Shown: positions 24,984 through 35,410, numbered from the stretch's first letter. The stretch: DNA of 46,243 nucleotides from a candidate division WOR-3 bacterium (GCA_039801565.1 JBDRUX010000006.1:1-46243), one strand, 5' to 3'. Numbers and translations are program-made. Notes: a model not told the origin generated them from the letters alone.

Positions 24984-25194
24984 TTAACTCCTAACTCGTT
25001 TTTTTCTTGCAAAGACTGGCACAAGCAAGAGTTGCTGCAAGGAAAAATAATAAGAAATTATTGCCAGAGATACCCAATTTACCCTTTTCAGAACACATCC
25101 GTACGCGTTCTCCTTTTGAACCAAAAAAATTAAAATTATAATTTTGTCAAGCGCAAAAAAAGCTTTGACAGTTTAAATAATCTTACTACTCACT

Positions 25195-25571
25195 CTATTT
25201 CTTCATCCGTTCTAAGTTATGTTTGACCAAGTCTTGAATGAAAACCGGCATTTCATCGATTCGTTTTCCTAAATCTTCGACCTCATCTTCCAGTTCTTCG
25301 ATTTCTTCATAGATGTCTTCAATTGCTGCCTGGCTCATTCCCATACCTCGAAAACTTCGGAAAGGAAAAGAGAACATTCTTTCACCAATGAGTGGACCAA
25401 CGGCAAGTGAAAAGATTAATACCCAGCCAGCGATGAAAAAGAGAATAATTCCGATAATTTTACCGAATTTAGCAATTGTCGCCTCGGTTTCCTGTTGCAT
25501 TGCTGTCCAAAGGCAAAATAACCAAGTAGCACAAAGACTACCGCGCCAATCAAACCCCAATAATAAACCAT
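25195..25571 (-). pseudogene. Membrane protein with coiled-coil tail; N-terminus frameshifted
   Basis: RBS AAGGCGGTG + ATG 25571 gives MVYYWGLIGAVVFVLLGYFA, continuing only after a 1-nt shift (~25508) into WTAMQQETE..KIIGIILFF. Confidence 0.55.
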
Positions 25572-25657
25572 TTAAATCACCGCCTTTCTTTTATTATTTG
25601 ACTTAATACATCAAAATACTGAAAATTGACCCTAAGTGAATCATTTTAAGCAAATCT

Positions 25658-25685
25658 TTGACTTTTACCAATGATTTTGTATATT
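25658..25685 (+). promoter_or_regulatory. murJ promoter TTGACT-16-TATATT, 7 nt before ATG
   Basis: Direct motif match. Confidence 0.6.
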
Positions 25686-25692
25686 AGGAAGA

Positions 25693-27324
25693 ATGTCGGA
25701 TAATTTAACCGAAGACAGGATTGATGCCCGATTCACTCGTCGCGTTGGTTCATTTACCATCGGTACTCTCATTTCCCGAATTATGGGATTAGTACGCGAA
25801 TCGGTTTTTGCTTTTCTTTTTGGAGCTGGATTTGCCACTGATGCCTTCAATGCGGCATTTCGCATCCCTAACCTTTTGCGTGACCTTTTTGCCGAAAGTG
25901 CACTTTCCGCAGCATTTGTCCCAACCTTTGTTGAAAATCTAACCAAAAAAGACCGCAAAGAGGTTTGGCGCTTTGCCTCCAATATGTTCAATACAATGGT
26001 CATCTTCGTCGGTTTAATTGTCATCCTTGGGATAATTTTCTCACCATTACTGGTTAAGGTCATCGCAATGGGTTTTGGTAAGATACCTGGCAAGCAAGAA
26101 CTGACAATGACTTTGACTCGGATTATGTTTCCATTTCTCTTGTTCGTTTCCCTTGCTGCTTGGGCGATGGGGATTCTCAACGCCTTGGGCAGTTTCTTTA
26201 TTCCAGCGGTTGCCCCAGCCTTCTTTAATCTCTTTTCGATAATTGTCCCAGTTATTACTTATCACTATTTGAATAAGATTGGTGTTAACCCAATCTTGGG
26301 TATGGCTTATGGAGTGACGATTGGGGCAATTATCCAGTTTTTAGTTCAGTTGCCATCATTGATGCGCCGTGGTTTTCATTACGAATTCTATCTCAATCTT
26401 AATGACCCGCAATTGCGTCGGGTCTTCTTTTTATGGCTACCGATGATTCTCGGTTTTGCCTCGTTCCAAATAAACTTTGCGATTAATACCTTTCTCGTCG
26501 CATTTCTTGAGGAACGGTCAATGACCTATCTCAATTATGCCTATCGGGTAATGCACCTGCCAGCCGGACTATTTGGTGTTGCGATTGGTGGCGTTGCCTT
26601 GGCTGAGTTTTCCCGGGCAATCTCCCAAGACAGTATCGAATCGTTAAAATTTCGCTTGAGACACTCTTTGAATTTAGTTGTCGTCTTAACGATTCCAATT
26701 TCGGTATTGCTCTTCGTCTTAGCTTCACCGGTCTGCCGTCTAATTTATCAACACGGTAAATTTACCGCTCAAGATACCACAGCCACTGCCCAAGCCTTAA
26801 TGCTTTATGCCTTAGGCGTCCCCTTTGCGGCTGCTGCCCGTAGTGTTGCCGCTTGTTTTTACTCGTTAAAAGACACCAAGACCCCACCAATTGTTGGTAT
26901 GATAATTGTCGGTTTGAATACGGTAATGAATTTGAGCCTGATGTGGTTTTTAAGATTTCTTTCTTTTCCCATCACCACCAGCACTGCTGCCTTAGTGAAT
27001 TTCTTTTTGTTGCTTTTAATCTTGCGGCGCAGAATCGGTCCAATGGGTTACCAGGCAAATCTGGTTTTAACTTTAAAGGTTAGTGCAATTTCAGCTTTAA
27101 GTGGTTTATTTGCGTTTTTAGTATCTCAGTTACTATCGCAATTTCTTGGTCACCAGACCATTGTTAATCAAATTTTGCAAGTATTTTTTGCTGGTGGGTT
27201 GGGTTTGATAGTATTTTATTTATTATCTTTAATTTTCCGAATAAACGAAGTGAGAACTGCCCTCACTGAATTCTTATCCCGTCCCGCCCAAGTTCAAACA
27301 ACCGAAATCATAAATAAACTTTAG
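25693..27324 (+). CDS. murJ: Lipid II flippase MurJ (MviN)
   Basis: SRIMGLVRE..DAFNAAFRIPNLLRDLFAE.ALSAAFVP; YAYR..LP.GLFG; FYSLKDTKTP. Confidence 0.95.
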   Translation: MSDNLTEDRIDARFTRRVGSFTIGTLISRIMGLVRESVFAFLFGAGFATDAFNAAFRIPNLLRDLFAESALSAAFVPTFVENLTKKDRKEVWRFASNMFNTMVIFVGLIVILGIIFSPLLVKVIAMGFGKIPGKQELTMTLTRIMFPFLLFVSLAAWAMGILNALGSFFIPAVAPAFFNLFSIIVPVITYHYLNKIGVNPILGMAYGVTIGAIIQFLVQLPSLMRRGFHYEFYLNLNDPQLRRVFFLWLPMILGFASFQINFAINTFLVAFLEERSMTYLNYAYRVMHLPAGLFGVAIGGVALAEFSRAISQDSIESLKFRLRHSLNLVVVLTIPISVLLFVLASPVCRLIYQHGKFTAQDTTATAQALMLYALGVPFAAAARSVAACFYSLKDTKTPPIVGMIIVGLNTVMNLSLMWFLRFLSFPITTSTAALVNFFLLLLILRRRIGPMGYQANLVLTLKVSAISALSGLFAFLVSQLLSQFLGHQTIVNQILQVFFAGGLGLIVFYLLSLIFRINEVRTALTEFLSRPAQVQTTEIINKL

Positions 27325-27420
27325 ATGAGTTATCTGGCACATTATCAGTTCCACTTAAATGTGTATTGGCTACGATAATTTATTAAATCCAAGGGTTTAA
27401 ATTTGAAAGGAGGGATAAAT

Positions 27421-27756
27421 ATGGCATTTAAGGTTCTTTTTCTTGCCCACGCGCCTGACGCTGAACCTAAAAAACATCGTTGTTCGATTACAACTCCTAA
27501 CTGCTTTAGTCTATTCGCCGTAATCGTTAAAAATCAAAAACAGGCAATTGAAGTATGCCAAGAAATGGTCAAAAAAGAAGGTATTCAGTCAATCCTACTC
27601 TGTCCCGGTTTTACTCATCTTGATATTGCCGAGATTAAGAAAGTGGTGGGCAAAAATGTTGGCATCTCAGTAGCCCGTGGCGATGGACCGAGCAATCGAA
27701 TTGCATTAAAAGCGATGGAGAAAGAAGGATGGTTTACAAAAAGGAATAGCCGATAA
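27421..27756 (+). CDS. Conserved small protein (DUF6506-like)
   Basis: RBS AGGAGG, ATG 27421; 'GIQSILLCPGF' motif. Confidence 0.6.
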   Translation: MAFKVLFLAHAPDAEPKKHRCSITTPNCFSLFAVIVKNQKQAIEVCQEMVKKEGIQSILLCPGFTHLDIAEIKKVVGKNVGISVARGDGPSNRIALKAMEKEGWFTKRNSR

Positions 27757-27895
27757 GAAAACTTCGAGCCTTGCTATCGTATAGAATGCTTCTTGCCGTT
27801 TCCGGTAAATCAACCCAAGGTCATAAATTTTCGGTCCAAATTTTCTAATTTGCTGTATTTCTTAAGACTATTCAGTCAAAAAACATATTTCGCTT

Positions 27896-28084
27896 TTACT
27901 CTTCAATCTTTATTGCTGTGACCGGACAATCTTCGGCAGCTTGCCGGACACAATCTTGGGCCGCATCCGGCACAATGTCAACTTTTACTTTGGCGACATC
28001 GCCTGCCATCTCAAAGATGTCCGGACAGGTCGTTACACAAAGTTCACAACCCGAACAGGTTTCTCGGTCAATTGTCACTTTCAT
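27896..28084 (-). CDS. Monocluster ferredoxin
   Basis: CSGCELC..CP and C-terminal CPVTAI; RBS AGGAGGTG. Confidence 0.9.
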   Translation of the reverse strand: MKVTIDRETCSGCELCVTTCPDIFEMAGDVAKVKVDIVPDAAQDCVRQAAEDCPVTAIKIEE

Positions 28085-28105
28085 CGTCTCACCTCCTTTC
28101 CTTTA

Positions 28106-28663
28106 TCAGTATGGTTTCAAGCCAAATTTTTCCATTGCTTCGCTACCAATTTTGCAACCAAGTTCCAAAGCTTTTAAATTTAAATCCAAGGTATAAGCCG
28201 GTACGCGATCTTTAACCGCTTGCTTTAAGGATTCTAATCGGACAATACCGCTGATACTAACAATTGAACCCAAGAGGATAATATTGGCAAAAAGTTCGCG
28301 CCCAAAATTTTCCCGGGCGGCTTGCGCTAAGGGTAAAGAAAAAATCTTATCGCGATAACAGCGGTGGACATAAAAACTGTCAACAATCTGAATACCATTC
28401 TCTTTTAAATCCGGCGAATAACAATCACAAGCCAATTGGCTTAAGCAAGCGAGCAGGTCTAATTTTCTTGCTTTGGGATAAAGAATCTCTTCGTCCGCAA
28501 TAATGACATCGGCTCTTGATGCCCCACCTCTTGCCTCAGGACCGTAACTTTGGGTTTGCACCACATTTTTGCCCTCATAAACCCCACAGGCTTGAGCCAA
28601 AACAATAGCCGCTAAGATTGAACCTTGACCACCGGTGCCCGAAAGTCGAACTTCGTAACGCAT
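28106..28663 (-). CDS. 2-oxoacid:ferredoxin oxidoreductase gamma subunit
   Basis: GTGGQG, QSYGPEARGG. Confidence 0.92.
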   Translation of the reverse strand: MRYEVRLSGTGGQGSILAAIVLAQACGVYEGKNVVQTQSYGPEARGGASRADVIIADEEILYPKARKLDLLACLSQLACDCYSPDLKENGIQIVDSFYVHRCYRDKIFSLPLAQAARENFGRELFANIILLGSIVSISGIVRLESLKQAVKDRVPAYTLDLNLKALELGCKIGSEAMEKFGLKPY

Positions 28664-29485
28664 TTACTTACTTTTTTCTTGTGCGCGCTTGATCGTTCTT
28701 TGGTAAATAGCCAAGTATTCTTCGGCTTCGGTTTCCCATAAAACACCAATTGTTATCTTGTTTTCGTCATTCTTGGCTTCCGCCACTGAAACAGTATTAT
28801 CTCGCATCCATTCCAGCATCTTCACCGCATCACCTAAACGGTTCATCCGGCCATAAAGAGTCGGACATTGCGATATTACTTCTACTACGGTAAATCCTTT
28901 CTTCTGAATTGCTCTTTTAATCATATTCTTCAAATGGACCGCATGGTAGGTGGTACTGCGGGCGACCAACACAGCACCAGCCGCTTTAGCAATTTCGGTA
29001 ACATTGAAACCACGTTCGATATTGCCATAAGGCGAAGTGGTAGCTATTGCATCTAATGGTGTAGTTGGTGAAAATTGCCCACCGGTCATTCCATAATTGA
29101 AGTTATTGATGATAATTAAGCTTAAATTAAGATTACGCCGACAGGAATGAATAAAATGATTTCCACCAATTGCCAAAATGTCGCCATCACCACCTAAGAC
29201 AACCACTTCCATCTCGGGTCGAGCCAATTTTACACCCGTAGCGGCGGGCAGAGCCCGGCCGTGCAGGGTGTGATAAGTGTCGCAGTCGAGATAACCCGGG
29301 ATACGAGAAGAACAGCCAATTCCAGAGACCACACAAAGTTTATTTTTATCCAATTTCAATTCGATAAATGCCCGCACCATCGCATTCATTACTGTTCCAA
29401 TTCCACAGCCGGGGCAAAGGATATGGGGAAAACGGTTGTCTAAACGAAGGTATTCAAAGATTGTTGGAATTTCAGCCGATGGCAT
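28664..29485 (-). CDS. 2-oxoacid:ferredoxin oxidoreductase beta subunit (TPP-binding)
   Basis: CPGCG, SGIGCSSR, GDGD..IGGNH, NNFNYGMTGGQ. Confidence 0.95.
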   Translation of the reverse strand: MPSAEIPTIFEYLRLDNRFPHILCPGCGIGTVMNAMVRAFIELKLDKNKLCVVSGIGCSSRIPGYLDCDTYHTLHGRALPAATGVKLARPEMEVVVLGGDGDILAIGGNHFIHSCRRNLNLSLIIINNFNYGMTGGQFSPTTPLDAIATTSPYGNIERGFNVTEIAKAAGAVLVARSTTYHAVHLKNMIKRAIQKKGFTVVEVISQCPTLYGRMNRLGDAVKMLEWMRDNTVSVAEAKNDENKITIGVLWETEAEEYLAIYQRTIKRAQEKSK

Positions 29486-30578
29486 CTAAAATCTCCTCAG
29501 CGGTTAACATTTCGCCATCCACCCGATTGACTGATTTAACCGCCACCAAGGGACTAACTGCCCTCTCCACTTCTGATTTTAATTGCCCTTGGTTCATTTC
29601 GGGCACGATGATTCTTTTGGCACTTTTTAATAGGGAGGTTAACCGCTCATAAGGGAAGGGCCAAATCATTCGCAGCCGAACCATTCCGATTGATTTTCCG
29701 GTTCTCTTTTCATAAATTTTTTTCGCTTCCGCGGCGGAACGAGCGCTCGAACCATAACAGACAATAATTGTCTCCGAACCTAAATCAGTATAAAAAAGGT
29801 CCCAGAGCCAATGTCTATTATCTTCAATTTTCCGTCTTAGTCGTTCCATCTTCCAGGCAATAGTTGCTGGGTCATTGGTAGGGAACCCGTCTTTGCGATG
29901 GGTAAGTCCGGAAATATGAATTCGATAACCCTCACCAAAACTTACCACCGGTCCGTCGTAATTAGTGTCATCGTCATAGAGTAAAAACTCATCCGGTCCT
30001 TTGGTCGGTTTGGGCGGCCGGTATAAATCAACCTTTTCGGGCAAAGATACAACCTCACGCATATGTCCAACTATTTCATCTAATAAAATTATTACCGGCA
30101 AGCGGAGCCGTTCGGAAATGTTTACAGCATTCACAGTAAGATGAAAGCACTCGGCAACACTCCAGGGCGCTAAGGCAACAATGGGATGGTCGCCATGGGT
30201 TCCCCAGCGGGCTTGCATCACATCACCCTGTGACGGTTTAGTTGGCAGTCCAGTAGCCGGTCCACCCCGCATCACATTAACAATGATACAAGGGACTTCC
30301 GTCATACAGGAATAACCAATCCCTTCCTGCATTAAAGAAAACCCCGGTCCGGAAGTTGCAGTCATCGCTTTCATACCCGCAGCAGTAGCACCATTCATCG
30401 CACAGATACTGGCAATCTCATCTTCCATCTGAATAAATATTCCACCTAATTTGGGTAATTCTCTTGCCATATATTCGGCGATTTCGGTAGAAGGGGTAAT
30501 TGGATAACCAGCAAAGAATCGGACGCCAGCCCGAATTGCTCCAATTGCGCAGGCTTCGTTCCCAGAAAGTAGTTCCAT
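29472..30578 (-). CDS. 2-oxoacid:ferredoxin oxidoreductase alpha subunit (Kor/Oor type)
   Basis: GNEA, YPITPSTE, MEDEIAS, TSGPGFSLM, PEMN. Confidence 0.95.
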   Translation of the reverse strand: MELLSGNEACAIGAIRAGVRFFAGYPITPSTEIAEYMARELPKLGGIFIQMEDEIASICAMNGATAAGMKAMTATSGPGFSLMQEGIGYSCMTEVPCIIVNVMRGGPATGLPTKPSQGDVMQARWGTHGDHPIVALAPWSVAECFHLTVNAVNISERLRLPVIILLDEIVGHMREVVSLPEKVDLYRPPKPTKGPDEFLLYDDDTNYDGPVVSFGEGYRIHISGLTHRKDGFPTNDPATIAWKMERLRRKIEDNRHWLWDLFYTDLGSETIIVCYGSSARSAAEAKKIYEKRTGKSIGMVRLRMIWPFPYERLTSLLKSAKRIIVPEMNQGQLKSEVERAVSPLVAVKSVNRVDGEMLTAEEILDAIG

Positions 30579-30845
30579 CTAATCGGTCTCTTTCACTTCC
30601 TTTGCGGTTTTACCCCTTTCAACAAAGATTGCTAAATCCGGGCAATGTAATTCGCACCAGCGGCAAGCTGTACAGCGGTCAGGATTAAGAACTGAAACCT
30701 TTAAATCGTTGCCTAAACCCAAAACCCCTTCTGGACAAAAATGGATACAGATTTCACAACTCTTGCAAAATGGCTTGATGATTCGAATTCGGTGTCCTTT
30801 TTTCGTAGAAACTTCAACTGGGTCGGTCGGCAAAGTTTTCTTCAT
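30579..30845 (-). CDS. 2-oxoacid:ferredoxin oxidoreductase delta subunit (2x[4Fe-4S])
   Basis: CKSCEICIHFCP and CTACRWCELHCPD; start ATG 30845 likely. Confidence 0.88.
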   Translation of the reverse strand: MKKTLPTDPVEVSTKKGHRIRIIKPFCKSCEICIHFCPEGVLGLGNDLKVSVLNPDRCTACRWCELHCPDLAIFVERGKTAKEVKETD

Positions 30846-30900
30846 TTGGTTAACGAACAAACTAAAATCGAATTCTTACAGCCCATCTTCTCATTTCATT

Positions 30901-31248
30901 TCACTGTTGATTTTCAGGTTTATTTCTCTGGCTGGCGATTCCTTTAATAATGATTAAGATTCCAATGATGATTAAGATCAAAGGCCACCAGTTCTTAAGC
31001 GTCAAGATAAAGGAAAAGCCGATACAGAAAAGTATTATTCCAGTAATAAACCGGCCACCAACTAAACGTTCGCGTAGGCTCAACCAACGAAGCACAGCAT
31101 CAAAGAGAAATACGATGCCCAGGAAGGTTAATAAATATGCCCACCATTTATCCCAAGGAATTATTCCGTTGGTCGCAAGCATAAAACTTAAACCAATTGC
31201 CAAAACAATCAGTCCGCCTAAAATATCAGACAATGCGGCTTTTCTCAT
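30901..31248 (-). CDS. Small 4-TM membrane protein (LiaF-TM-like)
   Basis: Repeated 'G.I....G' helices and WWPLILIIIG. Confidence 0.6.
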   Translation of the reverse strand: MRKAALSDILGGLIVLAIGLSFMLATNGIIPWDKWWAYLLTFLGIVFLFDAVLRWLSLRERLVGGRFITGIILFCIGFSFILTLKNWWPLILIIIGILIIIKGIASQRNKPENQQ

Positions 31249-31278
31249 AGTCAAAGATTAGCGATGGTTAGTAAAAAG

Positions 31279-33399
31279 TCAAGTTTCGGAGTAAAGAAAG
31301 CGGGCATCAATTGCGCAAGCGCCTTCACCTTGTTCAAAAACCAAGAACGGATTTATGTCAATTTCCGAAAAGTTAGGAAAATCTACTGCTAATTGGGATA
31401 ACCGTTGAAGGGATTCTACCACTTTGGCAATATCCGCCGGTTTTTTACCCCGAAAACCTTGGAGTAACTTGTAGCCTTTAATCTCCTGCACCATATGGTA
31501 AGCGGATAACTCCCGAATCGGGCAGATGCGAAATGTGACATCTCTTAATACTTCTACATAAATACCACCAATTCCAAACATAATTAATGACCCAAATTGC
31601 CGATCCCGTTTAATACCAATAATGGTCTCAATTCCTTGTTTTGCCATCGGTTGAATTAGCACCCCTTCAATTCTTGCCTCAGGTCGTTTATTTTTTACAT
31701 TTGTTAACAATTCATTAAATTTTGCTTTCAATTCGGCTTCAGTCTCAATATCAATCATTACGCCACCAACATCGGTCTTATGGAGGATATCCGGTGAGAC
31801 AATCTTTAAAACGCAAGGGTAACCGAGTTCGTTGGCTTTTCTCACTGCCTCGGACTCATTCTTCACCAAAGCAAAAGGCAGAACTGGGAATTTATAGGCA
31901 GAAAGAATTTCGTAGCCTTCGGGTTCTAAGATTGCTGGTGGCGTCCGAGTTTTTGCCTTTTCGATAATTGCGTTTACCCGAGTCTTATCAACATCGTCAA
32001 AGATTTTCACCTGAGTTATCGGTTTTTTTATCCAGTCACCAAAATTTGCTAGCATTGCTAAGGCTTTGGCTGCGGTCTCAGGAAATGGATAATAAGGAAT
32101 CTTCGCTTGCCATAAAGTCTCAATCACCTCTTTGGTATTTTCCAAGGACAAAAGACAACCCATCACTGGTTTAGAGTATTGGGGGGCTAATTCGGCAACC
32201 TTTGCGGCGACTAACTTAGTCTCCGCCATCAAGGTTGGTGTCCAGATTGCAATTAAACCGTTGATGTTATCATCACTCAAAATAATTCGCAATGCCTCAG
32301 AATATCTTTTCTCATCCGAATCACCAATTACATCAATTGGATTATTAACACTGGCAGTAGGCGGTAAGATGGCACGCAACTTCTCTTTGGTGGTTTCGGC
32401 TAATTCAGCCAATTTTAAACCGTTACGAATACTGGAATCGGTTGCCATAATTCCAATGCCACCAGCATTGGTAATAATTGCAATCCGACGGTCTTTCGGG
32501 ATGGGCTGTCCAGCAAAAGCCTTGGCATATTCAAAAAGTTCATTTACGGTCTCGACTCGCAGTATGCCACACTGGTGGAAAAAAGCATCATAGGCTTCAT
32601 CTGAACCGGCTAAGGCGCCGGTATGCGAAGAAGCTGCCTTAGCACCTTCGGCAGTTCGACCCGCTTTTATTGCCAAGATTGGCTTCTTTGCTTCTTCGGT
32701 AATTTGGCGGGCAGTTTCTAAAAACTTTTTCGGTTCAACCAAATCTTCCAAATATAGCAGAATGACTCGGGTCAATTCATCCTCTTTTAGATATTCCAGC
32801 AAGTCGTTCTCGTTAATATCTGCCTTATTACCGATTGAAACAAATTTAGCCAGACCAATTCCTTCAGACTGGGCGTATTCTAAGGCGGTAACGCCAACCG
32901 CGCCGCTTTGAGTGATAAAGGTGATATTCCCTTCAGCTGGCATCACCCGACCAAAGGTGGCGTTCAATCGTACCCGATGGTCGGTATTGATTATCCCAAA
33001 GCAATTTGGACCAATTAAGGCGATATTATACTTCTGCGCCAATTCTTTCACGCGTTTTTCCAAGAGTGTACCCTTTTGACCAATCTCTTTAAATCCGGCA
33101 CTAATGACAACCGCACCTTTTACACCTTTCTTACCACATTCTTCAATCGTTTCCGGCACAAAGGTTGCCGGTACAATGATTACTGCTAAATCTACTTCAT
33201 CAGGAATGTGGATGAGCGAAGGGTAAGCTTTTACTCCCAATACACTCCGCGCCGTAAGATTTACTGGATAGACGATACCGGTGTAACTATTCAAAAGAAT
33301 ATTGGCAAAGGTAACTTGACCGACGCTACCCGGTTTGGTAGAAGCACCGACCACCGCAATTGAGCGTGGCCAAAAAATATATTTAAGATTATCGCGCAA
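31279..33399 (-). CDS. ADP-forming acyl/acetate-CoA ligase, alpha-beta fusion
   Basis: PRSIAVVGAS, GPNCFG, SIGNKAD, catalytic SHTGALAG, NNPID, LKIVSPDILHKTDVGGV, DINP. Confidence 0.92.
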   Translation of the reverse strand: MRDNLKYIFWPRSIAVVGASTKPGSVGQVTFANILLNSYTGIVYPVNLTARSVLGVKAYPSLIHIPDEVDLAVIIVPATFVPETIEECGKKGVKGAVVISAGFKEIGQKGTLLEKRVKELAQKYNIALIGPNCFGIINTDHRVRLNATFGRVMPAEGNITFITQSGAVGVTALEYAQSEGIGLAKFVSIGNKADINENDLLEYLKEDELTRVILLYLEDLVEPKKFLETARQITEEAKKPILAIKAGRTAEGAKAASSHTGALAGSDEAYDAFFHQCGILRVETVNELFEYAKAFAGQPIPKDRRIAIITNAGGIGIMATDSSIRNGLKLAELAETTKEKLRAILPPTASVNNPIDVIGDSDEKRYSEALRIILSDDNINGLIAIWTPTLMAETKLVAAKVAELAPQYSKPVMGCLLSLENTKEVIETLWQAKIPYYPFPETAAKALAMLANFGDWIKKPITQVKIFDDVDKTRVNAIIEKAKTRTPPAILEPEGYEILSAYKFPVLPFALVKNESEAVRKANELGYPCVLKIVSPDILHKTDVGGVMIDIETEAELKAKFNELLTNVKNKRPEARIEGVLIQPMAKQGIETIIGIKRDRQFGSLIMFGIGGIYVEVLRDVTFRICPIRELSAYHMVQEIKGYKLLQGFRGKKPADIAKVVESLQRLSQLAVDFPNFSEIDINPFLVFEQGEGACAIDARFLYSET

Positions 33400-33441
33400 T
33401 GGTTTGAATAATCTAATAATCTTTTTGATGGGTTTTTCGCC

Positions 33442-35298
33442 TCATTTTTCTTTGCTCTTCTCGGTAAATTCCATTATTAAGGTATAGACCCCTTCGTCCC
33501 ATTTTGCCTTGACCGGATAACCCATCTTGTAACACAACCGGTAGGCTCGGACATTGGTGTCTAACACATAGCCGATAAATCCTTTTACTCCTTTCATTCG
33601 TGCGACTCGTATCAGATAACTGAATAACGCGGTGCCGACACCTTGATTTTGCCATTCATCGGCAATTGCTATCGCGTATTCGGCAAACCCTGTCGCCTTA
33701 TCCAAACTGTATCTTGCCACACCTAAAATCTTTTCAGCGCCGGCGCGGCGCTGGATTACTAAAATTGCCATCTCATTCTCATAATCAATATTAACAAATT
33801 TCTTCAACTTCTCGTGGGGCATCGCATTGAGATAGGAGAAGAAACGATAATAGACCGTCTCTTTGGAAAACGAATAAAAAAGCTCGCGCATCAAAGGTTC
33901 ATCGGTCGGTTTGACTGGCCGGAAAAAGATTTTTAGCCCCTGCTTCGTTTCTCCCCAACCTTCTAATTCTTCGGGATAACGGGCTTGGGTGAGACTGATT
34001 TCGGGTTGGTCAGGATAAACATAGTTTAGTTCTTTAGCTTTTTTCAAAAGTTCGGCACGAAACTTAGGATGAGCGATTGAGATTAAGGACAGGGCACGTT
34101 CCCGAACGCTCTTACCATGCAGATAAGCCACACCCCATTCGGTAACAACATAATGGACATCGCCGCGGGTCGTTACAACACCAGCACCTTCGGAAAGCGC
34201 TGGAACAATCCTTGAGACGGTATCACCTTTGCGCGTCGAAGGCAAAACGATAATCGGTTTACCATCTTTAGAACGAGCGGCACCCCGAATAAAATCAAGT
34301 TGACCACCGATCCCCGAGTAAAACTGATAACCTAAAGAATCCGCACAAACCTGACCGGTCAGGTCAACTTCCAAAGCGGAGTTGATTGCTACCATCTTAT
34401 CGTTTTGCGCAATGACAAACGGATCATTGGTATAATCTACCGGATGGAATTCAAAAAATGGATTATTATTCAGATAATCATAAAGTCGTTTAGTTCCCAT
34501 TGCAAACGAAGCGATGACCTTACCAGGATGCAAACTCTTTTTGGCGTTTGTCACAACACCAGAGTCGATCAAATCAATTAAGCCATCCGAAAAAACTTCG
34601 GTATGGACGCCTAAATCTTTCTTATCCTTTAAAAACTCTAAGATTGCATTAGGTACTCCACCGTAACCAACTTGGATAGTTGAGCCATCTTCAATTAAAT
34701 CGGCAACATTCTTAGCAATTCGCTTCACCATCTCAGGCAGAGCCTTAACTGTATATTCAACAATTGGCTCTTCGGAATAGACCAGATAATCAATGTCTTT
34801 GATATGAATAAACGAGTCACCTAAGGTTCTGGGCATATTGGGGTTCAACTCGGCAATTACAATTTTGGCTGATTCGCAAGCTGGTTTAGTGATATCAACT
34901 GATATTCCAAAACTGCAATAGCCGTGCTCGTCAGGCATGGAAACTTGGATTAAAGCGACATCAATTGGTAAACGCCCGGTGCGGAAAAGCCGTGGAATCT
35001 CAGAAAGAAAAATTGGGGTGTAGTCGGCTCTACCTTCCCAAACCGCTTTGCGTACATTGCCGCTAATAAAGAAGGCATTGGCTCGGAACTTACTGGCCAA
35101 TTCCTCTTGAGCATAAGGGGCGACGCCTAAGGTCAGGATATGGGCAATCTCAATATCCTCGGCTGAAGTTTGGGCTAAAGCCTTAACCAAACTCTGGGGC
35201 GTGGCACACGCCGAACCGATAAAAACCCGATGACCAGATTTAATCGCTCTTATTGCCTCTTCTGGTTTTACCAGTCTATTTTTCCAATTTTTATTCAT
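33442..35298 (-). CDS. Acetyl-CoA hydrolase/CoA-transferase fused to a C-terminal GNAT domain
   Basis: HTEVFSDG, EVDLTGQVCADS, SGIGGQLDFIRGA, VVTEWG; C-terminal RPVKPTD..YYRFF..EYAIAIADEWQNQGVG; start 35298 (downstream of the promoter) preferred. Confidence 0.9.
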   Translation of the reverse strand: MNKNWKNRLVKPEEAIRAIKSGHRVFIGSACATPQSLVKALAQTSAEDIEIAHILTLGVAPYAQEELASKFRANAFFISGNVRKAVWEGRADYTPIFLSEIPRLFRTGRLPIDVALIQVSMPDEHGYCSFGISVDITKPACESAKIVIAELNPNMPRTLGDSFIHIKDIDYLVYSEEPIVEYTVKALPEMVKRIAKNVADLIEDGSTIQVGYGGVPNAILEFLKDKKDLGVHTEVFSDGLIDLIDSGVVTNAKKSLHPGKVIASFAMGTKRLYDYLNNNPFFEFHPVDYTNDPFVIAQNDKMVAINSALEVDLTGQVCADSLGYQFYSGIGGQLDFIRGAARSKDGKPIIVLPSTRKGDTVSRIVPALSEGAGVVTTRGDVHYVVTEWGVAYLHGKSVRERALSLISIAHPKFRAELLKKAKELNYVYPDQPEISLTQARYPEELEGWGETKQGLKIFFRPVKPTDEPLMRELFYSFSKETVYYRFFSYLNAMPHEKLKKFVNIDYENEMAILVIQRRAGAEKILGVARYSLDKATGFAEYAIAIADEWQNQGVGTALFSYLIRVARMKGVKGFIGYVLDTNVRAYRLCYKMGYPVKAKWDEGVYTLIMEFTEKSKEK

Positions 35299-35304
35299 AA
35301 GATA

Positions 35305-35335
35305 ATTATAATACTTCAATTTATCCATCTGTCAA
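35305..35335 (-). promoter_or_regulatory. Promoter TTGACA with -10 TATTAT/TATAAT just upstream of ATG 35298
   Basis: TTGACA-16-TATTAT or TTGACA-19-TATAAT. Confidence 0.55.
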
Positions 35336-35374
35336 CAATCGGTTCTTTGCTGTGACACACTTTGCACGAAATAC

Positions 35375-35402
35375 TTGACATTGAGAAAAATTTTTGTAAA
35401 TT
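35375..35402 (+). promoter_or_regulatory. S10 operon promoter TTGACA-16-TAAATT, 8 nt before ATG 35411
   Basis: Direct motif match; no SD between -10 and ATG. Confidence 0.65.
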
Positions 35403-35410
35403 TAAAGACT

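Noticed and set aside
24990..25100. Short minus-strand ORF and imperfect inverted repeat (TTTTTCTTGCA...TGCAAGGAAAAA) upstream of the kelch-like gene, considered as riboswitch/attenuator
   Set aside because: No U-tract after the stem in the transcribed direction and no recognisable aptamer.
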